From Bugula neritina (Eukaryota; Animalia; Bryozoa), in assembly GCA_964035545.1 (NCBI GenBank), contig OZ037768.1, positions 11,192,741-11,256,740 of the forward strand: DNA of 64,000 nucleotides. The letters run 5' to 3'. The notes below the pieces were generated by a model, which saw only the letters and a program-made list of their open reading frames with translations, did no database searches and was not told the DNA's origin. Both the position numbers and the translations under genes were made by a program. Below are positions 51,949 to 64,000 of the stretch, piece by piece. The number at the start of each line of letters is the position of its first letter. Positions within the stretch are counted from its first letter, which is position 1.

Positions 51949-52618
51949 AACAGTGCACCCTTCGCAGCGATACTGGCTGAAGAATTAGCGGGGCGCGCTC
52001 GAGCGTGCAAGCACGTTGGTGATGCAGTGGCTGCAGTGCGCATTGCCTACTCACACTCTGCAGGTCACAACACCAGTCATGATATTATTATAGCTTAATG
52101 CACAGCAAAGGTTTAAAATAAGCAGGCCTGAGAGGGGGCAAGACGAGAGTCGCGACACCACGGCACACAACCGGAGAGTTGCGCAAAATCTCCGCGTCAC
52201 ATTCGTGTGACTTTCAGGATGTGTGCTGTAGCATTGATTGAGATGAGTTTTGAAAGCATTTGCACATGTATATCAGGCAATTTAATTTTGGAATTATTTC
52301 AACACTGCATTAGAGTTGATTAAATAAAATATTATTCTTGAGAAAGTCTTAAACAATTCTTTTTTGGATTTTGTGAAGCCATGCATCAGAAGAAATTCAA
52401 AAAGAATTTCAAAAATAAAAACATGTAATAAAAAGCAAGAATGATATAATATAATATTATTTTTTGGAAAGGAATGTTAAATATTCCATTTGAGTTAGTG
52501 TGTTGAAAAACATTTCACATCAGCAAGTTGGAAGAAATAATATTCGAGTAACTGATCATAATATTACTATTGCGTGTTGCTAATGTTTTTGTGTTTGAGG
52601 AGAGAAAAAAGAAAAAAA

Positions 52619-52737
52619 AGTCTACAGCACCTGGTATTCCCAGGCGGTCACCCATCCAAGTACTAACCAGGCTCGACGTTGCTTAGCTTCAGTGATCGGA
52701 CGAGAACTGGCGTTTTCAACGTGATATGGCCGTAGAC
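52619..52737 (-). rRNA. 5S rRNA copy 61
   Basis: Repeat copy. Confidence 0.98.
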
Positions 52738-53407
52738 AACAGTGCACCCTTCGCAGCGATACTGGCTGAAGAATTAGCGGGGCGCGCTCGAGCGTGCAAG
52801 CACGTTGGTGATGCAGTGGCTGCAGTGCGCATTGCCTACTCACACTCTGCAGGTCACAACACCAGTCATGATATTATTATAGCTTAATGCACAGCAAAGG
52901 TTTAAAATAAGCAGGCCTGAGAGGGGGCAAGACGAGAGTCGCGACACCACGGCACACAACTGGAGAGTTGCGCAAAATCTCCGCGTCACATTCGTGTGAC
53001 TTTCAGGATGTGTGCTGTAGCATTGATTGAGATGAGTTTTGAAAGCATTTGCACATGTATATCAGGCAATTTAATTTTGGAATTATTTCAACACTGCATT
53101 AGAGTTGATTAAATAAAATATTATTCTTGAGAAAGTCTTAAACAATTCTTTTTTGGAATTTGTGAAGCCATGCATCAGAAGAAATTCAAAAAGAATTTCA
53201 AAAATAAAAACATGTAATAAAAAGCAAGAATGATATAATATAATATTATTTTTTGGAAAGGAATGTTAAATATTCCATTTGAGTTAGTGTGTTGAAAAAC
53301 ATTTCACATCAGCAAGTTGGAAGAAATAATATTCGAGTAACTGATCATAATATTACTATTGCGTGTTGCTAATGTTTTTGTGTTTGAGGAGAGAAAAAAG
53401 AAAAAAA

Positions 53408-53526
53408 AGTCTACAGCACCTGGTATTCCCAGGCGGTCACCCATCCAAGTACTAACCAGGCTCGACGTTGCTTAGCTTCAGTGATCGGACGAGAACTGGC
53501 GTTTTCAACGTGATATGGCCGTAGAC
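53408..53526 (-). rRNA. 5S rRNA copy 62
   Basis: Repeat copy. Confidence 0.98.
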
Positions 53527-54196
53527 AACAGTGCACCCTTCGCAGCGATACTGGCTGAAGAATTAGCGGGGCGCGCTCGAGCGTGCAAGCACGTTGGTGA
53601 TGCAGTGGCTGCAGTGCGCATTGCCTACTCACACTCTGCAGGTCACAACACCAGTCATGATATTATTATAGCTTAATGCACAGCAAAGGTTTAAAATAAG
53701 CAGGCCTGAGAGGGGGCAAGACGAGAGTCGCGACACCACGGCACACAACCGGAGAGTTGCGCAAAATCTCCGCGTCACATTCGTGTGACTTTCAGGATGT
53801 GTGCTGTAGCATTGATTGAGATGAGTTTTGAAAGCATTTGCACATGTATATCAGGCAATTTAATTTTGGAATTATTTCAACACTGCATTAGAGTTGATTA
53901 AATAAAATATTATTCTTGAGAAAGTCTTAAACAATTCTTTTTTGGAATTTGTGAAGCCATGCATCAGAAGAAATTCAAAAAGAATTTCAAAAATAAAAAC
54001 ATGTAATAAAAAGCAAGAATGATATAATATAATATTATTTTTTGGAAAGGAATGTTAAATATTCCATTTGAGTTAGTGTGTTGAAAAACATTTCACATCA
54101 GCAAGTTGGAAGAAATAATATCCGAGTAACCGATCATAATATTACTATTGCGTGTTGCTAATGTTTTTGTGTTTGAGGAGAGAAAAAAGAAAAAAA

Positions 54197-54315
54197 AGTC
54201 TACAGCACCTGGTATTCCCAGGCGGTCACCCATCCAAGTACTAACCAGGCTCGACGTTGCTTAGCTTCAGTGATCGGACGAGAACTGGCGTTTTCAACGT
54301 GATATGGCCGTAGAC
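54197..54315 (-). rRNA. 5S rRNA copy 63
   Basis: Repeat copy. Confidence 0.98.
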
Positions 54316-54987
54316 AACAGTGCACCCTTCGCAGCGATACTGGCTGAAGAATTAGCGGGGCGCGCTCGAGCGTGCAAGCACGTTGGTGATGCAGTGGCTG
54401 CAGTGCGCATTGCCTACTCACACTCTGCAGGTCACAACACCAGTCATGATATTATTATAGCTTAATGCACAGCAAAGGTTTAAAATAAGCAGGCCTGAGA
54501 GGGGGCAAGACGAGAGTCGCGACACCACGGCACACAACCGGAGAGTTGCGCAAAATCTCCGCGTCACATTCGTGTGACTTTCAGGATGTGTGCTGTAGCA
54601 TTGATTGAGATGAGTTTTGAAAGCATTTGCACATGTATATCAGGCAATTTAATTTTGGAATTATTTCAACACTGCGCATTAGAGTTGATTAAATAAAATA
54701 TTATTCTTGAGAAAGTCTTAACCAATTCTTTTTTGGAATTTGTGAAGCCATGCATCAGAAGAAATTCAAAAAGAATTTCAAAAATAAAAACATGTAATAA
54801 AAAGCAAGAATGATATAATATAATATTATTTTTTGGAAAGGAATGTTAAATATTCCATTTGAGTTAGTGCGTTGAAAAACATTTCACATCAGCAAGTTGG
54901 AAGAAATAATATTCAAGTAACTGATCATAATATTACTATTGCGTGTTGCTAATGTTTTTGTGTTTGAGGAGAGAAAAAAGAAAAAAA

Positions 54988-55106
54988 AGTCTACAGCACC
55001 TGGTATTCCCAGGCGGTCACCCATCCAAGTACTAACCAGGCTCGACGTTGCTTAGCTTCAGTGATCGGACGAGAACTGGCGTTTTCAACGTGATATGGCC
55101 GTAGAC
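54988..55106 (-). rRNA. 5S rRNA copy 64
   Basis: Repeat copy; upstream -4 SNP. Confidence 0.98.
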
Positions 55107-55775
55107 AACGGTGCACCCTTCGCAGCGATACTGGCTGAAGAATTAGCGGGGCGCGCTCGAGCGTGCAAGCACGTTGGTGATGCAGTGGCTGCAGTGCGCA
55201 TTGCCTACTCACACTCTGCAGGTCACAACACCAGTCATGGTATTATTATAGCTTAATGCACAGCAAAGGTTTAAAATAAGCAGGCCTGAGAGGGGGCAAG
55301 ACGAGAGTCGCGACACCACGGCACACAACTGGAGAGTTGCGCAAATCTCCGCGTCACATTCGTGTGACTTTCAGGATGTGTGCTGTAGCATTGATTGAGA
55401 TGAGTTTTGAAAGCATTTGCACATGTATATCAGGCAATTTAATTTTGGAATTATTTCAACACTGCATTAGAGTTGATTAAATAAAATATTATTCTTGAGA
55501 AAGTCTTAAACAATTCTTTTTTGGAATTTGTGAAGCCATGCATCAGAAGAAATTCAAAAAGAATTTCAAAAATAAAAACATGTAATAAAAAGCAAGAATG
55601 ATATAATATAATATTATTTTTTGGAAAGGAATGTTAAATATTCCATTTGAGTTAGTGTGTTGAAAAACATTTCACATCAGCAAGTTGGAAGAAATAATAT
55701 TCGAGTAACTGATCATAATATTACTATTGCGTGTTGCTAATGTTTTTGTGTTTGAGGAGAGAAAAAAGAAAAAAA

Positions 55776-55894
55776 AGTCTACAGCACCTGGTATTCCCAG
55801 GCGGTCACCCATCCAAGTACTAACCAGGCTCGACGTTGCTTAGCTTCAGTGATCGGACGAGAACTGGCGTTTTCAACGTGATATGGCCGTAGAC
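55776..55894 (-). rRNA. 5S rRNA copy 65
   Basis: Repeat copy. Confidence 0.98.
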
Positions 55895-56564
55895 AACAGT
55901 GCACCCTTCGCAGCGATACTGGCTGAAGAATTAGCGGGGCGCGCTCGAGCGTGCAAGCACGTTGGTGATGCAGTGGCTGCAGTGCGCATTGCCTACTCAC
56001 ACTCTGCAGGTCACAACACCAGTCATGATATTATTATAGCTTAATGCACAGCAAAGGTTTAAAATAAGCAGGCCTGAGAGGGGGCAAGACGAGAGTCGCG
56101 ACACCACGGCACACAACTGGAGAGTTGCGCAAAATCTCCGCGTCACATTCGTGTGACTTTCAGGATGTGTGCTGTAGCAGTGATTGAGATGAGTTTTGAA
56201 AGCATTTGCACATGTATATCAGGCAATTTAATTTTGGAATTATTTCAACACTGCATTAGAGTTGATTAAATAAAATATTATTCTTGAGAAAGTCTTAAAC
56301 AATTCTTTTTTGGAATTTGTGAAGCCATGCATCAGAAGAAATTCAAAAAGAATTTCAAAAATAAAAACATGTAATAAAAAGCAAGAATGATATAATATAA
56401 TATTATTTTTTGGAAAGGAATGTTAAATATTCCATTTGAGTTAGTGTGTTGAAAAACATTTCACATCAGCAAGTTGGAAGAAATAATATTCGAGTAACTG
56501 ATCATAATATTACTATTGCGTGTTGCTAATGTTTTTGTGTTTGAGGAGAGAAAAAAGAGAAAAA

Positions 56565-56683
56565 AGTCTACAGCACCTGGTATTCCCAGGCGGTCACCCA
56601 TCCAAGTACTAACCAGGCTCGACGTTGCTTAGCTTCAGTGATCGGACGAGAACTGGCGTTTTCAACGTGATATGGCCGTAGAC
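56565..56683 (-). rRNA. 5S rRNA copy 66
   Basis: Repeat copy. Confidence 0.98.
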
Positions 56684-57353
56684 AACAGTGCACCCTTCGC
56701 AGCGATACTGGCTGAAGAATTAGCGGGGCGCGCTCGAGCGTGCAAGCACGTTGGTGATGCAGTGGCTGCAGTGCGCATTGCCTACTCACACTCTGCAGGT
56801 CACAACACCAGTCATGATATTATTATAGCTTAATGCACAGCAAAGGTTTAAAATAAGCAGGCCTGAGAGGGGGCAAGACGAGAGTCGCGACACCACGGCA
56901 CACAACTGGAGAGTTGCGCAAAATCTCCGCGTCACATTCGTGTGACTTTCAGGATGTGTGCTGTAGCATTGATTGAGATGAGTTTTGAAAGCATTTGCAC
57001 ATGTATATCAGGCAATTTAATTTTGGAATTATTTCAACACTGCATTAGAGTTGATTAAATAAAATATTATTCTTGAGAAAGTCTTAAACAATTCTTTTTT
57101 GGAATTTGTGAAGCCATGCATCAGAAGAAATTCAAAAAGAATTTCAAAAATAAAAACATGTAATAAAAAGCAAGAATGATATAATATAATATTATTTTTT
57201 GGAAAGGAATGTTAAATATTCCATTTGAGTTAGTGTGTTGAAAAACATTTCACATCAGCAAGTTGGAAGAAATAATATTCGAGTAACTGATCATAATATT
57301 ACTATTGCGTGTTGCTAATGTTTTTGTGTTTGAGGAGAGAAAAAAGAAAAAAA

Positions 57354-57472
57354 AGTCTACAGCACCTGGTATTCCCAGGCGGTCACCCATCCAAGTACCA
57401 ACCAGGCTCGACGTTGCTTAGCTTCAGTGATCGGACGAGAACTGGCGTTTTCAACGTGATATGGCCGTAGAC
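57354..57472 (-). rRNA. 5S rRNA copy 67 (A74G)
   Basis: Repeat copy, agtaccaacc (SNP at 57399). Confidence 0.95.
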
Positions 57473-58142
57473 AACAGTGCACCCTTCGCAGCGATACTGG
57501 CTGAAGAATTAGCGGGGCGCGCTCGAGCGTGCAAGCACGTTGGTGATGCAGTGGCTGCAGTGCGCATTGCCTACTCACACTCTGCAGGTCACAACACCAG
57601 TCATGATATTATTATAGCTTAATGCACAGCAAAGGTTTAAAATAAGCAGGCCTGAGAGGGGGCAAGACGAGAGTCGCGACACCACGGCACACAACTGGAG
57701 AGTTGCGCAAAATCTCCGCGTCACATTCGTGTGACTTTCAGGATGTGTGCTGTAGCATTGATTGAGATGAGTTTTGAAAGCATTTGCACATGTATATCAG
57801 GCAATTTAATTTTGGAATTATTTCAACACTGCATTAGAGTTGATTAAATAAAATATTATTCTTGAGAAAGTCTTAAACAATTCTTTTTTGGAATTTGTGA
57901 AGCCATGCATCAGAAGAAAATCAAAAAGAATTTCAAAAATAAAAACATGTAATAAAAAGCAAGAATGATATAATATAATATTATTTTTTGGAAAGGAATG
58001 TTAAATATTCCATTTGAGTTAGTGTGTTGAAAAACATTTCACATCAGCAAGTTGGAAGAAATAATATTCAAGTAACTGATCATAATATTACTATTGCGTG
58101 TTGCTAATGTTTTTGTGTTTGAGGAGAGAAAAAAGAAAAAAA

Positions 58143-58261
58143 AGTCTACAGCACCTGGTATTCCCAGGCGGTCACCCATCCAAGTACTAACCAGGCTCGA
58201 CGTTGCTTAGCTTCAGTGATCGGACGAGAACTGGCGTTTTCAACGTGATATGGCCGTAGAC
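58143..58261 (-). rRNA. 5S rRNA copy 68
   Basis: Repeat copy. Confidence 0.98.
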
Positions 58262-58931
58262 AACAGTGCACCCTTCGCAGCGATACTGGCTGAAGAATTA
58301 GCGGGGCGCGCTCGAGCGTGCAAGCACGTTGGTGATGCAGTGGCTGCAGTGCGCATTGCCTACTCACACTCTGCAGGTCACAACACCAGTCATGATATTA
58401 TTATAGCTTAATGCACAGCAAAGGTTTAAAATAAGCAGGCCTGAGAGGGGGCAAGACGAGAGTCGCGACACCACGGCACACAACTGGAGAGTTGCGCAAA
58501 ATCTCCGCGTCACATTCGTGTGACTTTCAGGATGTGTGCTGTAGCATTGATTGAGATGAGTTTTGAAAGCATTTGCACATGTATATCAGGCAATTTAATT
58601 TTGGAATTATTTCAACACTGCATTAGAGTTGATTAAATAAAATATTATTCTTGAGAAAGTCTTAAACAATTCTTTTTTGGAATTTGTGAAGCCATGCATC
58701 AGAAGAAATTCAAAAAGAATTTCAAAAATAAAAACATGTAATAAAAAGCAAGAATGATATAATATAATATTATTTTTTGGAAAGGAATGTTAAATATTCC
58801 ATTTGAGTTAGTGTGTTGAAAAACATTTCACATCAGCAAGTTGGAAGAAATAATATTCGAGTAACTGATCATAATATTACTATTGCGTGTTGCTAATGTT
58901 TTTGTGTTTGAGGAGAGAAAAAAGAGAAAAA

Positions 58932-59050
58932 AGTCTACAGCACCTGGTATTCCCAGGCGGTCACCCATCCAAGTACTAACCAGGCTCGACGTTGCTTAGC
59001 TTCAGTGATCGGACGAGAACTGGCGTTTTCAACGTGATATGGCCGTAGAC
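58932..59050 (-). rRNA. 5S rRNA copy 69
   Basis: Repeat copy. Confidence 0.98.
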
Positions 59051-59720
59051 AACAGTGCACCCTTCGCAGCGATACTGGCTGAAGAATTAGCGGGGCGCGC
59101 TCGAGCGTGCAAGCACGTTGGTGATGCAGTGGCTGCAGTGCGCATTGCCTACTCACACTCTGCAGGTCACAACACCAGTCATGATATTATTATAGCTTAA
59201 TGCACAGCAAAGGTTTAAAATAAGCAGGCCTGAGAGGGGGCAAGACGAGAGTCGCGACACCACGGCACACAACTGGAGAGTTGCGCAAAATCTCCGCGTC
59301 ACATTCGTGTGACTTTCAGGATGTGTGCTGTAGCATTGATTGAGATGAGTTTTGAAAGCATTTGCACATGTATATCAGGCAATTTAATTTTGGAATTATT
59401 TCAACACTGCATTAGAGTTGATTAAATAAAATATTATTCTTGAGAAAGTCTTAAACAATTCTTTTTTGGAATTTGTGAAGCCATGCATCAGAAGAAATTC
59501 AAAAAGAATTTCAAAAATAAAAACATGTAATAAAAAGCAAGAATGATATAATATAATATTATTTTTTGGAAAGGAATGTTAAATATTCCATTTGAGTTAG
59601 TGTGTTGAAAAACATTTCACATCAGCAAGTTGGAAGAAATAATATTCGAGTAACTGATCATAATATTACTATTGCGTGTTGCTAATGTTTTTGTGTTTGA
59701 GGAGAGAAAAAAGAAAAAAA

Positions 59721-59839
59721 AGTCTACAGCACCTGGTATTCCCAGGCGGTCACCCATCCAAGTACTAACCAGGCTCGACGTTGCTTAGCTTCAGTGATCG
59801 GACGAGAACTGGCGTTTTCAACGTGATATGGCCGTAGAC
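59721..59839 (-). rRNA. 5S rRNA copy 70
   Basis: Repeat copy. Confidence 0.98.
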
Positions 59840-60509
59840 AACAGTGCACCCTTCGCAGCGATACTGGCTGAAGAATTAGCGGGGCGCGCTCGAGCGTGCA
59901 AGCACGTTGGTGATGCAGTGGCTGCAGTGCGCATTGCCTACTCACACTCTGCAGGTCACAACACCAGTCATGATATTATTATAGCTTAATGCACAGCAAA
60001 GGTTTAAAATAAGCAGGCCTGAGAGGGGGCAAGACGAGAGTCGCGACACCACGGCACACAACTGGAGAGTTGCGCAAAATCTCCGCGTCACATTCGTGTG
60101 ACTTTCAGGATGTGTGCTGTAGCATTGATTGAGATGAGTTTTGAAAGCATTTGCACATGTATATCAGGCAATTTAATTTTGGAATTATTTCAACACTGCA
60201 TTAGAGTTGATTAAATAAAATATTATTCTTGAGAAAGTCTTAAACAATTCTTTTTTGGAATTTGTGAAGCCATGCATCAGAAGAAATTCAAAAAGAATTT
60301 CAAAAATAAAAACATGTAATAAAAAGCAAGAATGATATAATATAATATTATTTTTTGGAAAGGAATGTTAAATATTCCATTTGAGTTAGTGTGTTGAAAA
60401 ACATTTCACATCAGCAAGTTGGAAGAAATAATATCCGAGTAACCGATCATAATATTACTATTGCGTGTTGCTAATGTTTTTGTGTTTGAGGAGAGAAAAA
60501 AGAAAAAAA

Positions 60510-60628
60510 AGTCTACAGCACCTGGTATTCCCAGGCGGTCACCCATCCAAGTACTAACCAGGCTCGACGTTGCTTAGCTTCAGTGATCGGACGAGAACTG
60601 GCGTTTTCAACCTGATATGGCCGTAGAC
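60510..60628 (-). rRNA. 5S rRNA copy 71 (C17G)
   Basis: Repeat copy, caacctgat (SNP at 60612). Confidence 0.95.
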
Positions 60629-61300
60629 AACAGTGCACCCTTCGCAGCGATACTGGCTGAAGAATTAGCGGGGCGCGCTCGAGCGTGCAAGCACGTTGGT
60701 GATGCAGTGGCTGCAGTGCGCATTGCCTACTCACACTCTGCAGGTCACAACACCAGTCATGATATTATTATAGCTTAATGCACAGCAAAGGTTTAAAATA
60801 AGCAGGCCTGAGAGGGGGCAAGACGAGAGTCGCGACACCACGGCACACAACCGGAGAGTTGCGCAAAATCTCCGCGTCACATTCGTGTGACTTTCAGGAT
60901 GTGTGCTGTAGCATTGATTGAGATGAGTTTTGAAAGCATTTGCACATGTATATCAGGCAATTTAATTTTGGAATTATTTCAACACTGCGCATTAGAGTTG
61001 ATTAAATAAAATATTATTCTTGAGAAAGTCTTAACCAATTCTTTTTTGGAATTTGTGAAGCCATGCATCAGAAGAAATTCAAAAAGAATTTCAAAAATAA
61101 AAACATGTAATAAAAAGCAAGAATGATATAATATAATATTATTTTTTGGAAAGGAATGTTAAATATTCCATTTGAGTTAGTGCGTTGAAAAACATTTCAC
61201 ATCAGCAAGTTGGAAGAAATAATATTCAAGTAACTGATCATAATATTACTATTGCGTGTTGCTAATGTTTTTGTGTTTGAGGAGAGAAAAAAGAAAAAAA

Positions 61301-61419
61301 AGTCTACAGCACCTGGTATTCCCAGGCGGTCACCCATCCAAGTACTAACCAGGCTCGACGTTGCTTAGCTTCAGTGATCGGACGAGAACTGGCGTTTTCA
61401 ACGTGATATGGCCGTAGAC
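61301..61419 (-). rRNA. 5S rRNA copy 72
   Basis: Repeat copy; upstream -4 SNP. Confidence 0.98.
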
Positions 61420-62088
61420 AACGGTGCACCCTTCGCAGCGATACTGGCTGAAGAATTAGCGGGGCGCGCTCGAGCGTGCAAGCACGTTGGTGATGCAGTG
61501 GCTGCAGTGCGCATTGCCTACTCACACTCTGCAGGTCACAACACCAGTCATGGTATTATTATAGCTTAATGCACAGCAAAGGTTTAAAATAAGCAGGCCT
61601 GAGAGGGGGCAAGACGAGAGTCGCGACACCACGGCACACAACTGGAGAGTTGCGCAAATCTCCGCGTCACATTCGTGTGACTTTCAGGATGTGTGCTGTA
61701 GCATTGATTGAGATGAGTTTTGAAAGCATTTGCACATGTATATCAGGCAATTTAATTTTGGAATTATTTCAACACTGCATTAGAGTTGATTAAATAAAAT
61801 ATTATTCTTGAGAAAGTCTTAAACAATTCTTTTTTGGAATTTGTGAAGCCATGCATCAGAAGAAATTCAAAAAGAATTTCAAAAATAAAAACATGTAATA
61901 AAAAGCAAGAATGATATAATATAATATTATTTTTTGGAAAGGAATGTTAAATATTCCATTTGAGTTAGTGTGTTGAAAAACATTTCACATCAGCAAGTTG
62001 GAAGAAATAATATTCGAGTAACTGATCATAATATTACTATTGCGTGTTGCTAATGTTTTTGTGTTTGAGGAGAGAAAAAAGAAAAAAA

Positions 62089-62207
62089 AGTCTACAGCAC
62101 CTGGTATTCCCAGGCGGTCACCCATCCAAGTACTAACCAGGCTCGACGTTGCTTAGCTTCAGTGATCGGACGAGAACTGGCGTTTTCAACGTGATATGGC
62201 CGTAGAC
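62089..62207 (-). rRNA. 5S rRNA copy 73
   Basis: Repeat copy. Confidence 0.98.
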
Positions 62208-62877
62208 AACAGTGCACCCTTCGCAGCGATACTGGCTGAAGAATTAGCGGGGCGCGCTCGAGCGTGCAAGCACGTTGGTGATGCAGTGGCTGCAGTGCGC
62301 ATTGCCTACTCACACTCTGCAGGTCACAACACCAGTCATGATATTATTATAGCTTAATGCACAGCAAAGGTTTAAAATAAGCAGGCCTGAGAGGGGGCAA
62401 GACGAGAGTCGCGACACCACGGCACACAACTGGAGAGTTGCGCAAAATCTCCGCGTCACATTCGTGTGACTTTCAGGATGTGTGCTGTAGCATTGATTGA
62501 GATGAGTTTTGAAAGCATTTGCACATGTATATCAGGCAATTTAATTTTGGAATTATTTCAACACTGCATTAGAGTTGATTAAATAAAATATTATTCTTGA
62601 GAAAGTCTTAAACAATTCTTTTTTGGAATTTGTGAAGCCATGCATCAGAAGAAATTCAAAAAGAATTTCAAAAATAAAAACATGTAATAAAAAGCAAGAA
62701 TGATATAATATAATATTATTTTTTGGAAAGGAATGTTAAATATTCCATTTGAGTTAGTGTGTTGAAAAACATTTCACATCAGCAAGTTGGAAGAAATAAT
62801 ATTCGAGTAACTGATCATAATATTACTATTGCGTGTTGCTAATGTTTTTGTGTTTGAGGAGAGAAAAAAGAGAAAAA

Positions 62878-62996
62878 AGTCTACAGCACCTGGTATTCCC
62901 AGGCGGTCACCCATCCAAGTACTAACCAGGCTCGACGTTGCTTAGCTTCAGTGATCGGACGAGAACTGGCGTTTTCAACGTGATATGGCCGTAGAC
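62878..62996 (-). rRNA. 5S rRNA copy 74
   Basis: Repeat copy. Confidence 0.98.
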
Positions 62997-63666
62997 AACA
63001 GTGCACCCTTCGCAGCGATACTGGCTGAAGAATTAGCGGGGCGCGCTCGAGCGTGCAAGCACGTTGGTGATGCAGTGGCTGCAGTGCGCATTGCCTACTC
63101 ACACTCTGCAGGTCACAACACCAGTCATGATATTATTATAGCTTAATGCACAGCAAAGGTTTAAAATAAGCAGGCCTGAGAGGGGGCAAGACGAGAGTCG
63201 CGACACCACGGCACACAACTGGAGAGTTGCGCAAAATCTCCGCGTCACATTCGTGTGACTTTCAGGATGTGTGCTGTAGCATTGATTGAGATGAGTTTTG
63301 AAAGCATTTGCACATGTATATCAGGCAATTTAATTTTGGAATTATTTCAACACTGCATTAGAGTTGATTAAATAAAATATTATTCTTGAGAAAGTCTTAA
63401 ACAATTCTTTTTTGGAATTTGTGAAGCCATGCATCAGAAGAAATTCAAAAAGAATTTCAAAAATAAAAACATGTAATAAAAAGCAAGAATGATATAATAT
63501 AATATTATTTTTTGGAAAGGAATGTTAAATATTCCATTTGAGTTAGTGTGTTGAAAAACATTTCACATCAGCAAGTTGGAAGAAATAATATTCGAGTAAC
63601 TGATCATAATATTACTATTGCGTGTTGCTAATGTTTTTGTGTTTGAGGAGAGAAAAAAGAAAAAAA

Positions 63667-63785
63667 AGTCTACAGCACCTGGTATTCCCAGGCGGTCACC
63701 CATCCAAGTACTAACCAGGCTCGACGTTGCTTAGCTTCAGTGATCGGACGAGAACTGGCGTTTTCAACGTGATATGGCCGTAGAC
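63667..63785 (-). rRNA. 5S rRNA copy 75
   Basis: Repeat copy. Confidence 0.98.
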
Positions 63786-64000
63786 AACAGTGCACCCTTC
63801 GCAGCGATACTGGCTGAAGAATTAGCGGGGCGCGCTCGAGCGTGCAAGCACGTTGGTGATGCAGTGGCTGCAGTGCGCATTGCCTACTCACACTCTGCAG
63901 GTCACAACACCAGTCATGATATTATTATAGCTTAATGCACAGCAAAGGTTTAAAATAAGCAGGCCTGAGAGGGGGCAAGACGAGAGTCGCGACACCACGG

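Larger units (their letters stand above)
5064..64000 (-). repeat. Tandem 5S rDNA array, ~789-bp unit (119-120-nt gene + ~670-bp spacer), 75 gene copies, continues past the right edge
   Basis: Near-identical units with periods of 787-791 bp, visible in the sequence and in the periodic ORF track. Confidence 0.99.

Noticed and set aside
6083-63891. Repeated 73-aa (and 71/87-aa) ORFs as a multicopy protein gene
   Set aside because: They start at non-ATG codons, read straight through the 5S rRNA gene or its upstream spacer, and are freely lost or extended by single SNPs (copies 1, 24, 28, 47). They are artefacts of the repeat.
5064-64000. CRISPR-like array
   Set aside because: Spacers are near-identical rather than unique, the unit is ~789 bp, the context is eukaryotic and no cas genes are present.
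5292-64000. 5S-targeting retroelement or Cassandra/SINE3-type insertion within the array
   Set aside because: All unit periods are 787-791 bp; no insertion, truncation or inversion is present in any unit.

Overview
Eukaryotic (animal) genomic DNA covering the left edge of a large tandem 5S rDNA array. Positions 1-~5050 are AT-rich unique flank. They contain a decayed 3' fragment of a CR1/L2-like non-LTR retrotransposon (RT domain plus 3' tail), a decayed Ty3/Gypsy integrase with a probable PPT/3' LTR, and low-complexity sequence. From ~5064 to the end of the window there is a head-to-tail array of 787-791-bp (mostly 789-bp) units carrying 75 complete 5S rRNA genes on the minus strand, each followed by a split oligo-T Pol III terminator. 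From memory the 5S sequence resembles molluscan/lophotrochozoan 5S; this is inference. The repeated 73-aa ORFs are artefacts of the 5S repeat. I found no convincing novel protein-coding system. Four points merit follow-up. (i) A loop-C variant 5S gene (C36A) in 14 copies is perfectly linked to a shorter terminator, interdigitated with canonical copies and confined to the first 25 units. (ii) SNP-defined higher-order repeats partition the array into domains. (iii) A ~70-nt three-way-junction fold with a UUCG hairpin lies in every spacer, antisense to 5S, and is a candidate linked ncRNA (unproven). (iv) A diverged spacer relic sits at the array border.
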